Below, piece by piece: positions 17,468 to 28,002 of a DNA stretch of 64,000 bases. The position numbers and the translations under genes were made by a program. Below the pieces are notes generated by a model. It ran no database searches. It was not told where the DNA came from and saw only the letters and a program-made list of their open reading frames with translations. The stretch lies in assembly GCA_965261395.1 (NCBI GenBank), contig OZ253462.1:1216001-1280000 (forward strand), read 5' to 3'. Within the stretch, counting starts at the first letter, position 1. Each line of letters opens with the position of its first letter. The DNA is from Candidatus Latescibacterota bacterium (lineage in GTDB: Bacteria; Latescibacterota; UBA2968; UBA8231).

Positions 17468-18949
17468 CTATTTCTGTAGCTGTCCCACGTCCCGCACGGC
17501 CCCATGCGCTGCGCTCGTTGTTAGCACGGCGTACGCCTGTAGCGATTGGGGGACGTGGCGTTGGCGGTTGCGGGGCCGATAGGCGTCTATTTTTTGCCGT
17601 CGCGCGGACAGCTCGGCGTCTGCGATTAGCACGTCGATTTTGCGATTGGGAATGTCGATGCGAATCCGGTCGCCGCTTTCCACTAGAGCTAGTGCTCCAC
17701 CCTCAGCCGCTTCCGGCGAGACGTGGCCAATCGACAGCCCGGAGGTGCCGCCGGAAAAGCGGCCGTCGGTCAGCAGCGCACAGGTCTTGCCCAGCCCCAT
17801 GGACTTGATATACGACGTTGGATAGAGCATCTCCTGCATCCCCGGCCCGCCCTTAGGGCCCTCGTAGCGGATTACTACCACGTCGCCGTCGCCGACCTTG
17901 CCGCCGAGGATGCCCTCGCATGCTTCGTCCTGCGACTCGAAGATCCGAGCCGTGCCCTCAAAGACCCAGATCGACTCATCGACGCCAGCCGTCTTCACGA
18001 TGCCGCCGTCTTCGGCGATGTTGCCGAAAAGCACTGCCAGCCCGCCGTCCTGCGAATAAGCGTGCGCGACCGAGCGGATGCAGCCCGTTTGAGCGTCGGT
18101 ATCCGACTCAGAGTAAAAGTTGTTCTGGGAGAAGGCGGTTTTCGTCCGCACGTTGCCCGGGGCCGCCAACGCCCGCTGCACGGCCAGTACAGAGGTGTCG
18201 CCCTCTAGGTAAAATGCCTTGGCCATTTCGACAATCCGCTTGCCGGCCGCGGCAAACAGCTCCCAGCGCAGCGCATGGGTGGCGAGGATGGTGCCGTTGC
18301 CCGGCAGGGCTAGGCCGATGGCTTCGTTGAGGCAGTTCATGGAGTTGGCAGTGAACATGCCGGAGCACGAGCCACAAGTCGGGCAGGCTTGTTCCTCCAT
18401 CTTGGCCACGTCTTCGTCGCTCAAGTTAGGGTCAGCCGCGGCGACCATGGAGTCGACCAAATCGAGCTTGGCGTGGCCCGTTGACAGCTCGGTTTTGCCG
18501 GCCTCCATCGGCCCGCCCGAGACGAAGATCGCCGGGATGTTGAGCCTGAGCGCGGCCAGCAACATGCCCGGAGTGATCTTGTCGCAATTGGAAATGCAGA
18601 CGAGGGCGTCGGCCTTGTGGGCCTGCACCATGTACTCGACGCTGTCGGCGATTAGCTCGCGGCTTGGCAGGGAGTAGAGCATGCCGTCGTGGCCCATGGC
18701 AATGCCGTCGTCCACGGCAATGGTATTGAACTCTACGCCGTAGCCGCCGTGCTGGTCGATCACTTCCTTAACCTGTTGGCCGATGGGCTGCAAATGCACG
18801 TGCCCGGGCACGAACTGGGTAAAGGAGTTGGCGATGGCGACGATGGGTTTTTGGAAGTCCTCGGTCTTCATGCCGGTGGCACGCCACAGGGCACGCGCTC
18901 CGGCCATGCGCCGCCCCTGTGTGGTGGTACTGCTGCGAAACGATTGCAT
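17468..18949 (-). pseudogene. ilvD: Dihydroxy-acid dehydratase with a ~120-aa in-frame internal deletion (probably inactive)
   Basis: Strong IlvD motifs ([63 protein letters not shown]), but only 493 aa. The AMGGSTN and HMEDVHRAGG block is absent at the junction GDTSVL|[10 protein letters not shown]. Confidence 0.85.
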
Positions 18950-18987
18950 AAAAGCCCTTTCAAGAAGCTGCCGTCTGGCGGCGGATT

Positions 18988-19848
18988 TCAGGTAGCGAAA
19001 TCAAATTCTAGCGCATCCCCCCAAGGCACGTAGCCGATTTTCGCATAGATGTTGTTGGAGGTTGGATTGGATAAATCGGCAAATAGGCTGCAAAACGAAT
19101 AGCGCTCGGAGAGCAGTTTCTTGGTCAACGCCGCGACGCATGAGGTGGCATATCCCTTGTTGCGCTGCTCGGGCGGCGTGTACACCGCGTTGACTGTTAC
19201 GCCGTTTCGCATCGGGCGCGCCGATTTGGCCATAGAGACCGGCCCATTGCAATCCCAAATGTGCAGGTGCCCATCGGCGATGAATCGCGCGGCGCTTTTC
19301 TTGGCTCCGTCGAGATCGGCTGGCTCCCCTAACGCCTCTTGCGAAAAGGCGGCCGTCCACTGCGCCATGATCGGGTGGTCGTCCATGCTGGCCAAGCGCA
19401 ACGCCCCCGCAGCAAAGGGCACATCGGCGACCGTTCGCGCCTCAAATACGCGCATCCGCATGGTCTCCCTAGGCGCGGCGCTAGGCACGGCCTCGGCCCA
19501 ACAAGCGGAAAAGGCTTACGCTGCGGACGCTGGCCCGACAACGCCAGGGACGGGCGCATCCGTTGCAAGCAGGTAGCGCACGAGATGGGCCATAGCCTCT
19601 TTGGTATTCGCAATGAACTTGCTGAGGATGATTCGCCTCGGCGGCGTCATTACGGCCACGCCGACCACTTCACCTTGCTCTAAGACACTCAATAATAGCG
19701 GTGGCTCGGGCCCGTAGCGCAGGGGATCTTTGGCGAGTGCGTACGCGAGGCCGATCGGCAAGTTGTTTTCGCTCTCATGTGATTCGAGGCAAGTACCTGC
19801 AAGCTCAATCAGCTCGCTGGCGTCGGCGTGATGTATTATTTCGACCAT
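18988..19848 (-). pseudogene. GNAT family N-acetyltransferase interrupted by an in-frame TAA
   Basis: ORFs 19516-19848 and 18988-19488 are in the same frame, separated by one TAA (19516-19518); VYTPPEQRNKGYA and NPTSNNIYAKIGY motifs. Confidence 0.85.
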
Positions 19849-21978
19849 TCAAAAAGCCGGACCAATAGAAAAATAAAACTGCCTCCGCTGATAAAACCGC
19901 TGTTTCTCGTCAGATTCGTTGTCGAGGGATCCATCGTTGAAGGCTATGTCGAGCCGGAGGGGAAAGCCCAAAACGTAGCGCAGCCCCACCCCATAGCCAT
20001 CGACCATGCCCCGCAAGGTCGATTGGCTTGGCTTGCGCCAGACCTGCGCCCGATCCCAAAAGCCAACGAGGCCGAAGCTGTTCCGCTGATAGCGCAATTC
20101 CCCGCGCATATTTAGGCCGAGGCGTCCGCCGCCCGGCACGTGTATGGCGTCGCGTTCGACTCCACGCACAGATCCCTCGCCTCCGTACGCCTTCCAGTAC
20201 TTCTGTGGCAGCCGCCGTCCCTCGCGCAACGAGGCCGCCCCTCCCCCTTGCAGGGCTAGGGCCAACATCAGGCCGCGTTTAAGTGGCTGGTAATATATGA
20301 ATTCGGCCTCGCCATCGATCACATAGGTCTGATGCTGCCCCAGAATGAACGAGGAGGCGTAGAGCCCGGTTAACCGCAAGAGCGCGCCGCGCGTGGGAGC
20401 AAAGGGGTCGTCGCGCGAATCGCGCAAAAACTCGGTCCTCAATTCGACCGACCGAGTGCGCTCGGTCAGAATCTGTAGCCAATCCGCAGTCACGGGGATC
20501 TTGCCGTCGCTGTAGTCTATGGCCTCGTCTTGGGCGGAGAAATTGTCTTTGCCAGAGAAATCGAAGTCGCTATCGTCAAACGGATCGTCCGCGTCGGTCG
20601 TCTCATCGCTTTCGGTTGGCTCATCACTTTCGGTCCCTCCCTCGTTTATGGGACTGGGTGAGTAGGCGATGCGCTCGCTTGGGTCGGGCCGGATGCGCGA
20701 GTCTTCTCCGCTAAGGGATACTTGGGCTTGGTAGATCTCGCGCCAGCCCTTGGTGAGCGCTGCTTCAGCTTTCCACAGGTGCTCGACCGAGAGGTACTCG
20801 TAGGAGGCCGTACGTATGTACTCCCGTATGATTGCTTCCCCGCCGAAGGGAAAGGACAAAAAGCCGTTGAGCACCGAATCGTTGGCTGTCAAAAGCTCGA
20901 ATTGCCGCTGGTCGTTCGAGTTACCCAACACCGTTGTTTTGTCCCATTCGTCGGTGACCCCTGCCGACAGCACCAAGTCAGCGCCCGTGCCTAGCAAGTT
21001 GCGCTCGGTAAAGGATGCGGTGACGCCCTGTTCCGGCTGCCCCCAACCGGCGTCGAGGCTTAGCCGAGCACCGCGCCCCAGCCAGTTTTTGTGCTGCACG
21101 ACCCCGGCCACGCGCGGTTCAATGTTGCTGAAGAGGACTTCGGTACTTAGGGCGATGCGCTTTTTTTCTTTTAGGCGAACCACGACTGGTTGCAAGCTGT
21201 CGCCCGTCTCGGGGGTGAGCAAAAAGACCGAGCGGAACAGGCCGGTCCTCGCCAGTTGTTCGCGGCTTTTGGCTAGCTGTTCGGGATTGTACAAGTCCCC
21301 CTGCTCAAAGTGCAGATAGCGCTCGATCACCTCCTTGCGCGTGTATAGCTGGTCGAGGTTTTCGACCTCGACGGCACCGAAGTACATCTTGCGCCCGGGA
21401 TCGATGTGGAAGACAACCTCGGTGCTGCGGCTAGCGCGGTCGTCCCCCACCCACTCGTTGCGCACTGCGGCGTGAGGGTAGCCGCGCTGATTGAGGAAGA
21501 CCTGTAGTTGGCGCTCGCCTTCGAGCACCTTGCCGTAGTCGAGGGGCGTGCCGGCGCGCAAGCCGATCTGAGCGCGCAGGGTGTCGGCTGCAAAGGGGGC
21601 ACCCCCTACGAGGGTTAGGGCGCGCACCGTCCACAGCGCACCACTGTCGATTTCAATGTGAATGTGGACCCGGTTTTTGGCGTCCAAGCGCAGGTCCTTG
21701 CGGACGATCTCGGCGTCGCGATAGCCCTTGCTGTAATAGAGGTTGACCAGTCCGCTCAGGTCGTTTTTGAAGAAGCGGCGTTGGAAGCGCTTGCCTTCTT
21801 GGGTCAGCATGGCCGAGCGCAAGGTCTCGCCTTTGATGCGCTTTGCGCCTCGGTGAACGAAGCGTATCTGATCCACCTTGTGATCATCAGCTTCGCGGGC
21901 CGATATTTCGCGCAGATCCTCTTGGGCCAAGGCCGTCCCGGCAAGAGCCAGACAGAGCGCGGCGGCGAACACGCTCAT
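19849..21978 (-). CDS. BamA/TamA-family (Omp85) outer membrane protein with POTRA domains
   Basis: Signal peptide, POTRA repeats (YYSKGY, LNQRGY, TGLFRSV), GGEGSVRG, GVGLRY..GFPLRLD, C-terminal FSIGPAF. Confidence 0.88.
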   Translation of the reverse strand: MSVFAAALCLALAGTALAQEDLREISAREADDHKVDQIRFVHRGAKRIKGETLRSAMLTQEGKRFQRRFFKNDLSGLVNLYYSKGYRDAEIVRKDLRLDAKNRVHIHIEIDSGALWTVRALTLVGGAPFAADTLRAQIGLRAGTPLDYGKVLEGERQLQVFLNQRGYPHAAVRNEWVGDDRASRSTEVVFHIDPGRKMYFGAVEVENLDQLYTRKEVIERYLHFEQGDLYNPEQLAKSREQLARTGLFRSVFLLTPETGDSLQPVVVRLKEKKRIALSTEVLFSNIEPRVAGVVQHKNWLGRGARLSLDAGWGQPEQGVTASFTERNLLGTGADLVLSAGVTDEWDKTTVLGNSNDQRQFELLTANDSVLNGFLSFPFGGEAIIREYIRTASYEYLSVEHLWKAEAALTKGWREIYQAQVSLSGEDSRIRPDPSERIAYSPSPINEGGTESDEPTESDETTDADDPFDDSDFDFSGKDNFSAQDEAIDYSDGKIPVTADWLQILTERTRSVELRTEFLRDSRDDPFAPTRGALLRLTGLYASSFILGQHQTYVIDGEAEFIYYQPLKRGLMLALALQGGGAASLREGRRLPQKYWKAYGGEGSVRGVERDAIHVPGGGRLGLNMRGELRYQRNSFGLVGFWDRAQVWRKPSQSTLRGMVDGYGVGLRYVLGFPLRLDIAFNDGSLDNESDEKQRFYQRRQFYFSIGPAF

Positions 21979-24900
21979 CGGAATTCTCGCTTCAGGCCGA
22001 TGCCTAGCCCATAGTGATCGTACTCGCTTTGGGCCAGGCCGAAGATGGTGAGAAAGGACTTAATTTTGTGCTCGACTCGCACCTCGCCCTTGGCCATCTC
22101 TTTTAGCAGGGCCTCGTAGCGCACCCAGAGGGGTAGGGGCAACCCACCAAGGTACTTGCCCGCCCGCAGGGCGGCCCCAGGCTCGGCCCCGGCGATCTCA
22201 CTCGACGGCAGGACCGTGAATTCATTAAGACCCACCTTCTCGACCTGCTTGCTCAAGAGCTGGCCGGCGGTGGTGCCAAAGACTGCGGCGGCTGTGCTAA
22301 AGGCATCGCTAGTCGAGCCAAAGGCAACAGCGTAGTCGGGGTTGGCCGTTCTAAAGGCCAGCAGGTTGACGGTACCCCCAGTACCTAGCGGGTCCCCGAT
22401 TTCGCCCTCACTTGGTTTTGCAGAAAGCTGCGGCACGACTTTTTGAGCTGGCCCTTGCAGCGTCAAAGTCGCAACGTATTTCTCATCGTCTTGGATGTCT
22501 ATGATTTCCTCGGTCTTGGCCTCCACGTCGAGTGTGGGATTCAGTTGGAGGGGATCGTACATCACGTCGAGAATCGATTTAGTCGGCGCTAGGCGGTTGA
22601 AGACGACGCGCCCCTGTGTGATATCGAATCGTTGATTGAGTACGAAAACCTGCCCTTGGTCTATTGTTATATCGCCTTGAAAGAGCGGCTTGTAGAAGGT
22701 GCCGCCGACCTCGACCGCACCCGATGCTTCGACCTCGGCTAGTTCGCTGTCGAGGGTGAGGCCGCGGATATCGACCTCCACGGCGAGGGCCATGTTCTCC
22801 AAAAACTCGTCGCGCAACGCCGACGGTGGCGGTGGCACGGGAAGCGCGAGGACCACGAGGCTCGCCTCGGAATGCGGCCGGTCGAGGCGGACGCGCCCCG
22901 CCAACTTGGACGCGCTGAGCGAGCCAGCGAAAGACAGATCCATATCGATGTCGTCCGCCTTAAACGACTGTCCGACGGCCTCGTAGTAGGAGGTCATTCG
23001 CTCGGCTTGGAGCCGCAAGTCAAAACTAGGGTCGTCGAGCCGCGATAGGTCGAGTTGCCCAGTGAGCGACGCGCTGTGAAACCCTCGCTTAGGTTCTTTC
23101 TCGACAGAGAAACCCACCAGCTCGACCTGCCGGCCGTTGAATTGCAACTGCCCGTCGGGTAGCGCGTAAATCGGCTCTAAGTCGAGGAGGGCAAATTCGA
23201 GACCCGCAACCCCTATTTGGCCTTGCAATGAGAGTGTTGAGTCCAATCCCTCGGCCCGGAGATCCGCGCTAATCCGGCCGTCGAGATGATCCAGTTCGGC
23301 TATTAGGTCGCCGAGGAAGAGGAGTCCGATGCCGTCAGAATGCGCCTCTAGCCAGCTCTCGTCTAAGGAAAGTGTGCCGGCCTGCAAATCCCAGGGCACG
23401 CGACCGATCACGGTGAGGCTGTCGTTGAGCAAGGTCGTCCAGTTCAAATGCCAATCGCCGCCGTGCCGGTCGCCGTCGAGCCTCCCGTACAGCTCTCCCA
23501 AGTCCGCGGTCTCCACGGCCAGATCAACGGCAACTTGAGGAGCGGATGCCGTGCCGCTGACCTCGGCGTCGAGCTGGACCAGCCCCTTGGGGCCGCCGAA
23601 GAAAGCCAAGTCCACGTCTTCGAGGGCCAGCTCCACCTTTGAGGGCTTGGTGCCCTCCAGTTGGCCCGCCAGTCTCAAGGTGCCGGCCGGCTGCAGGGCG
23701 AGGCGGTCGCGGTCGTACCGTCGCAAGCCAATCGCCACTGAGTCTAGCGCCACGCGGCCCTCGCCGAGCGCGAATCGTCCTCCAGACAGGAGATCCAGAC
23801 GTAGCGAATCGGCTGAAGCTTGGCTCTCGATGGCCAAGCCGTGCACGTCGATATGCCCGAACAAGTCTCGCCAGCTCGGCATGGAATCCCCTAAGGCCGC
23901 TTCTAAGTGCCCGTCTAGGTCGAGCCGCCCGTACAGCGGGCGTCCCAAAGCATAGCTGAGCACCGGCCCCAAGTCGGCTGCCATCGCCTCGATTGCGAGC
24001 TGCGCGGGGGCTTCCCCCGGCCCGAAAAGCGGCGCGGCTGGGCAGGTGAGCGCGAGGCGCACGCCGGCATCGGCAGTGAACTCGGCAAGGAGCGAATCCG
24101 CCAGCGCGAGGCGCAGCCGGGCATTGCCGAGGGCGAGGGTGTCGAGGCGCATCTCCGCCAGCGTCACCACGCCCTGTGCCTCTGGCCTCGCTAGGGTGCC
24201 GCCGACCCGCAAATGCCCGCCGCCCGCCGCGCTGAGGTCGGGCACGAGGTTGGACAGTTCAAGGACTGGCAACTCCGCTGCAACCGCGAGCGAATCCCTC
24301 CCGACCCAACCCGAAAGGCCCACTAGGCCGACGGGCGTTTGCAGGTGTACCGCGGTGAGGTCCATGCGCCCGTCGCCATAGTCGGCTTGGAGGGGACCGT
24401 AGTTTTGCAGCGCCCATTCCCCCTGCCGCAGCAAGAGTGAGTCGAGCGCGAGGGCCGCTTGAGCCGCGTCTAAGTCCTCCAGCGGCCCCTCCCAACGCAA
24501 AGTCCCGTCCAACGCAACCACTGAGCCATCTACCCTCCGCAACAAGGTATCGGCAAAATCCGCTTGGGCCGTTAAGTGCTCGTCCACGTCCAGTTTCGCT
24601 AGCACGCTCACGCCCGCCCCCCCGCCGGATACCCGTGCCGCACCTTGGTCCCAGCCCACGTCCAGCGCGAGTTCGCCGGTCTGCCACCCCGCGTACTCTA
24701 GCCGCGAGGTCGCAATGCGCCCACCCAGCCGCAGCGCGTCGAGCGTCAGCCCGCCCCCCCCGCGCAAATCCGCGTCGAGTCGCCCGCTCAACCCGGGCAT
24801 GACCCGTTCCACTGCCAGTCCGTCCACGTCCGCCACCAGCGTATCGATCTCGCTATCCTTTAGGTCAATGTCCGCCCGCGCTATTAGGAGATCGCGCTCT

Positions 24901-26276
24901 AAGCGCAGATCGGCCGCGAGATAGCGGTTGGCGAACAGGTGTAGATCTGCCGCGAGCGGCCCGAACTCCTCGCCCAATTCGCCGGGGAGATGGCTGGCTG
25001 TTAGCTGCAACGCCAGCGTATCGGGTTTGGCCTGCCCGGCGATAGCTATGGGTGCTGCGCCGCGCAAAAAGGATGCCGCCTGCAGCGTGCCCTTTAGCGC
25101 GAGGTCGTAGCTCCCCTCTAAGTCGGAAGAGCCGGTGGCCACCAACTCCAGCAGGGGCGATTGCAAGTCGAGACGAGTCGCCCCATCGGGCCGGTGCCAA
25201 GCCGTTATCTCGGCGTCGAATAGCTGATTGGGAATTAGATCCACATCGCGCAGGAGGGCGGCAAAGTCCGCGGCATAGCGCTGGTGCTGCAAATGCACTC
25301 CAGCCGCTAGATCGAATTCCACCCGTCCCGCAAAAGGGGCCGCTAGCGCGAGGTCAAGTCCCTCGCCCCGCAGTTGGGTCTGCAAGCTGTCGCGCGTAAA
25401 GAAATAAGTCGCCTCGCCCGTCAGGGTGCCGTCGAACAAAGAGACGAGCAGAGAATCTAGCACTAAGTGCGTGCCGTTGGCGCGCATGTCCCCTCGTAGA
25501 TCCACTGCGGAGACCACCGGCGCGCTGCCTTGGCCCCTGAGCGTCCCGCGCAGTTGCAGCGGCGTCAGCGCTCCGTCTATCTCCGCTGCTAGGGAACCCT
25601 GCGCGGAATCGGCTTCTACCGTCGCCGTGGCTTCCACCTGCAAAGGCCGCGGCAACTTCAGTCCCAAGGTAAACGAGGCGTGCAGGGCGACCCTTAGACT
25701 GTCGCTAATGCCCTCGGCCCGTACCTCCCCGCGGTCAATGCGGTGCGGACTGAGCGCGAGATCCAGTGTTAGCGAGCGCAAGGGCACTCCCTGCAAGTCG
25801 GACAAGGTCAGCTTTAAGTGCGCCGAGGTGTCTGCTATTGCGCGATACACGCCGTGCCAGTCCTGCGCCACGATCTGCGTCTTGCCCAACTGCCAATTGA
25901 GTGTACCGGCTGTCGCGCTGAGGTTGGGGTAGAAGGCGATAGGTAGCTCGATATCCGCGGCTACGACGGTCGTATTGACCGAGGTACGTGGCTCAATCCG
26001 CACCTTGGGTGCCTGCACTTCGATAGCCCAAGACCACGGCCGCACGGCGAGGTGCTCGACATCGACAACCACTCCCAACGCGGGGTTTTGGCAGCGCACG
26101 TCGGAAAAGGAAAACCCGTAGAGCAAGCCCCCCTCGCGACCACCGATGGAGACCTGCCATCTCCCAACTCCGCGCTCTAGCAGGTGCGCGAGCGCGGCAG
26201 GCCCTATGGGCGCGAGCGCGACGAGGCCGAGGACGGCACCTAAAACGGCCGCCGCCCCGAGCAGCTTTCTCTTCAT
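21975..26276 (-). CDS. tamB: Translocation and assembly module TamB-domain protein
   Basis: 1433 aa with an N-terminal anchor, beta-taco-like GTLARPEAQG/GTASAPQV repeats and a DUF490-like C-terminus; 4-bp overlap with the Omp85 gene. Confidence 0.75.
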   Translation of the reverse strand: MKRKLLGAAAVLGAVLGLVALAPIGPAALAHLLERGVGRWQVSIGGREGGLLYGFSFSDVRCQNPALGVVVDVEHLAVRPWSWAIEVQAPKVRIEPRTSVNTTVVAADIELPIAFYPNLSATAGTLNWQLGKTQIVAQDWHGVYRAIADTSAHLKLTLSDLQGVPLRSLTLDLALSPHRIDRGEVRAEGISDSLRVALHASFTLGLKLPRPLQVEATATVEADSAQGSLAAEIDGALTPLQLRGTLRGQGSAPVVSAVDLRGDMRANGTHLVLDSLLVSLFDGTLTGEATYFFTRDSLQTQLRGEGLDLALAAPFAGRVEFDLAAGVHLQHQRYAADFAALLRDVDLIPNQLFDAEITAWHRPDGATRLDLQSPLLELVATGSSDLEGSYDLALKGTLQAASFLRGAAPIAIAGQAKPDTLALQLTASHLPGELGEEFGPLAADLHLFANRYLAADLRLERDLLIARADIDLKDSEIDTLVADVDGLAVERVMPGLSGRLDADLRGGGGLTLDALRLGGRIATSRLEYAGWQTGELALDVGWDQGAARVSGGGAGVSVLAKLDVDEHLTAQADFADTLLRRVDGSVVALDGTLRWEGPLEDLDAAQAALALDSLLLRQGEWALQNYGPLQADYGDGRMDLTAVHLQTPVGLVGLSGWVGRDSLAVAAELPVLELSNLVPDLSAAGGGHLRVGGTLARPEAQGVVTLAEMRLDTLALGNARLRLALADSLLAEFTADAGVRLALTCPAAPLFGPGEAPAQLAIEAMAADLGPVLSYALGRPLYGRLDLDGHLEAALGDSMPSWRDLFGHIDVHGLAIESQASADSLRLDLLSGGRFALGEGRVALDSVAIGLRRYDRDRLALQPAGTLRLAGQLEGTKPSKVELALEDVDLAFFGGPKGLVQLDAEVSGTASAPQVAVDLAVETADLGELYGRLDGDRHGGDWHLNWTTLLNDSLTVIGRVPWDLQAGTLSLDESWLEAHSDGIGLLFLGDLIAELDHLDGRISADLRAEGLDSTLSLQGQIGVAGLEFALLDLEPIYALPDGQLQFNGRQVELVGFSVEKEPKRGFHSASLTGQLDLSRLDDPSFDLRLQAERMTSYYEAVGQSFKADDIDMDLSFAGSLSASKLAGRVRLDRPHSEASLVVLALPVPPPPSALRDEFLENMALAVEVDIRGLTLDSELAEVEASGAVEVGGTFYKPLFQGDITIDQGQVFVLNQRFDITQGRVVFNRLAPTKSILDVMYDPLQLNPTLDVEAKTEEIIDIQDDEKYVATLTLQGPAQKVVPQLSAKPSEGEIGDPLGTGGTVNLLAFRTANPDYAVAFGSTSDAFSTAAAVFGTTAGQLLSKQVEKVGLNEFTVLPSSEIAGAEPGAALRAGKYLGGLPLPLWVRYEALLKEMAKGEVRVEHKIKSFLTIFGLAQSEYDHYGLGIGLKREFR

Positions 26277-27100
26277 TCGGATTTGAGGCGGGTCAGGGCC
26301 TTGGACACGTGGAAGAGCGAGTCGGGCAACGGCGCGTACGCCATGGTCTTGATCTTGCGCTCTAGGCGGAACACTTGGCTGGACTTCTCTTGTCCGGGAA
26401 GCTTGACTGAAGCCGTCAAGGTCGAGCGCAGCGCGAAGCCTTTGAGTTCCTCGGCGTTTTCCAACTCATCGCTCAGGGCTTCGTGGTCTTCCAGCCCTTC
26501 TAGCCCTCCGCCGATTAGCGACGGATAGGACGTACTAGCATCCTGCAAGTCCAGAAACGCTGCGATTTTCTTAAAGCCGGGGAATTGCTTGGCAATGCAG
26601 GCATCGTACGTGTAGCGGTTTTCGCGACGGAGCTCTTGGGTTTTGGGGTCGAGGTAGCGGGCGCGCATCTGCGCGACGACCCGACGGCAGGGAATTCCAG
26701 CGATGCGCTCCGTTTCTCCCGGTACCTTGACCGCCAGGGCCATCTGCGCCCCACCGGGGGCAGCCTGCGGCTTGGCAACGGCCTTGCGCGCCGGGGCTTT
26801 CTGCTGGACGAAGGTCTGTGCCGTCAGGTCGATTTCGTACACTTGCGCTTGGTCCAGCCGCAAGATGGTGCTGGTGTTGAGGGACTGGCCCTGGTGCCGG
26901 AGGGCCTTTGCCGTTTTCGCGTCGGCCTCAATTAGCTGCTCGACCCGCTGGCTCTTGCCCTTGATGTAAATTTTGTTGGTCGTTTTACGCGCTCCAGTTT
27001 TGTCTTTGCCAAAGCCTCGATTGACGACCTCTTCCTCGAAATACACATCGGCACCGGCGCTCGCCGCGCTGGCGAGCAATGCACATAACAGCAAAATCAT
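26273..27100 (-). CDS. Secreted hypothetical protein (DUF4412-like)
   Basis: Signal peptide MILLLCALLASAASAGA after a CAGGAG RBS; GETERIAGIPC and LPDSLF motifs. Confidence 0.65.
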   Translation of the reverse strand: MILLLCALLASAASAGADVYFEEEVVNRGFGKDKTGARKTTNKIYIKGKSQRVEQLIEADAKTAKALRHQGQSLNTSTILRLDQAQVYEIDLTAQTFVQQKAPARKAVAKPQAAPGGAQMALAVKVPGETERIAGIPCRRVVAQMRARYLDPKTQELRRENRYTYDACIAKQFPGFKKIAAFLDLQDASTSYPSLIGGGLEGLEDHEALSDELENAEELKGFALRSTLTASVKLPGQEKSSQVFRLERKIKTMAYAPLPDSLFHVSKALTRLKSE

Positions 27101-27161
27101 GCTCGCACTCTCCTGTGGTAAGGTGGAAGAATAATATAGCGAAACGCAGTTGCTATCCCAT

Positions 27162-27197
27162 AAACAAAAGGCCCCTGCCCGCAAGGGCGAGGGGCCT
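27162..27197 (-). terminator. Rho-independent terminator
   Basis: AGGCCCCT-GCCC-GCAA-GGGC-G-AGGGGCCT hairpin with a T-tract on the minus strand, downstream of 27222-27896. Confidence 0.75.
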
Positions 27198-27221
27198 CGG
27201 AGCTTCTTGCCGCGCCTGTTG

Positions 27222-27896
27222 TTATTCGTCCGAGCCGCGCATGAGCAACAGACCCACTAGGTTTAGCACGGCGGTCGCAGCCGCGGCTACATAGGTCATG
27301 GCTGCTGCATTGAGCACCCGCCGGGCCGAGCGCACCTCGTCGTTGGCTAGGTAGCCTTGAGAGAGGATGGCCATGGCCCGCGAGCTGGCGTTGAATTCCA
27401 CCGGCAGGGTGACGATTTGGAACAGTACCGCGCCGGCGAAGAACATGATGCCGATATTCATCAGGCCGGTGGCCCCGAAGAACATCCCCGCCAGAATCAG
27501 GGGGAAGCCCAGCGTCGAGCCCAAGTTGGCGACGGGCAGGATCGCGTGCCGAAAGTTGAGCGGCACGTAGCCGTGGGCGTGTTGGATCGCGTGGCCGACC
27601 TCGTGCGCCGCCACGGCCAAGCCGGCTAGATGGTGACCGTGGAAGTTGTCCGAAGAAAGGCGCACGGCTTTGGCGCGGGGGTCGTAGTGATCGGAAAGCA
27701 TCCCGCCCGTCTCCTCGACCGACACGTCGTAGATGCGTTGCTGGTGCAGGATGCGCCGCGCGGTCTCAGCGCCCGAAAGCTGCGCGGCCGAAGCCACTTG
27801 GCTGTACTTTTTGAAGGCGCTGCGGACCCGCATCTGGGCCCAAGCGACCAAGATCATCGGCAGAATGAAAAACGGATTGAAAAGAAACGAAAACAT
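27222..27896 (-). CDS. Membrane zinc metallopeptidase (YugP/Zn_peptidase_2 family)
   Basis: LSDHYDP, AAHEVGHAIQH (HExxH), TLPVEFNASSRA, VLNAAAMTYVAA. Confidence 0.92.
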   Translation of the reverse strand: MFSFLFNPFFILPMILVAWAQMRVRSAFKKYSQVASAAQLSGAETARRILHQQRIYDVSVEETGGMLSDHYDPRAKAVRLSSDNFHGHHLAGLAVAAHEVGHAIQHAHGYVPLNFRHAILPVANLGSTLGFPLILAGMFFGATGLMNIGIMFFAGAVLFQIVTLPVEFNASSRAMAILSQGYLANDEVRSARRVLNAAAMTYVAAAATAVLNLVGLLLMRGSDE

Positions 27897-28002
27897 CTCC
27901 TCATCTCCTCAGTATACGAAGGGCTTCTATTGGGACGCGAAAGGGGCGCTCCGAGTTTCTAGCGAGAATAACGAAAGCACCTGAAAATCGCAAGAAAAGG
28001 GC

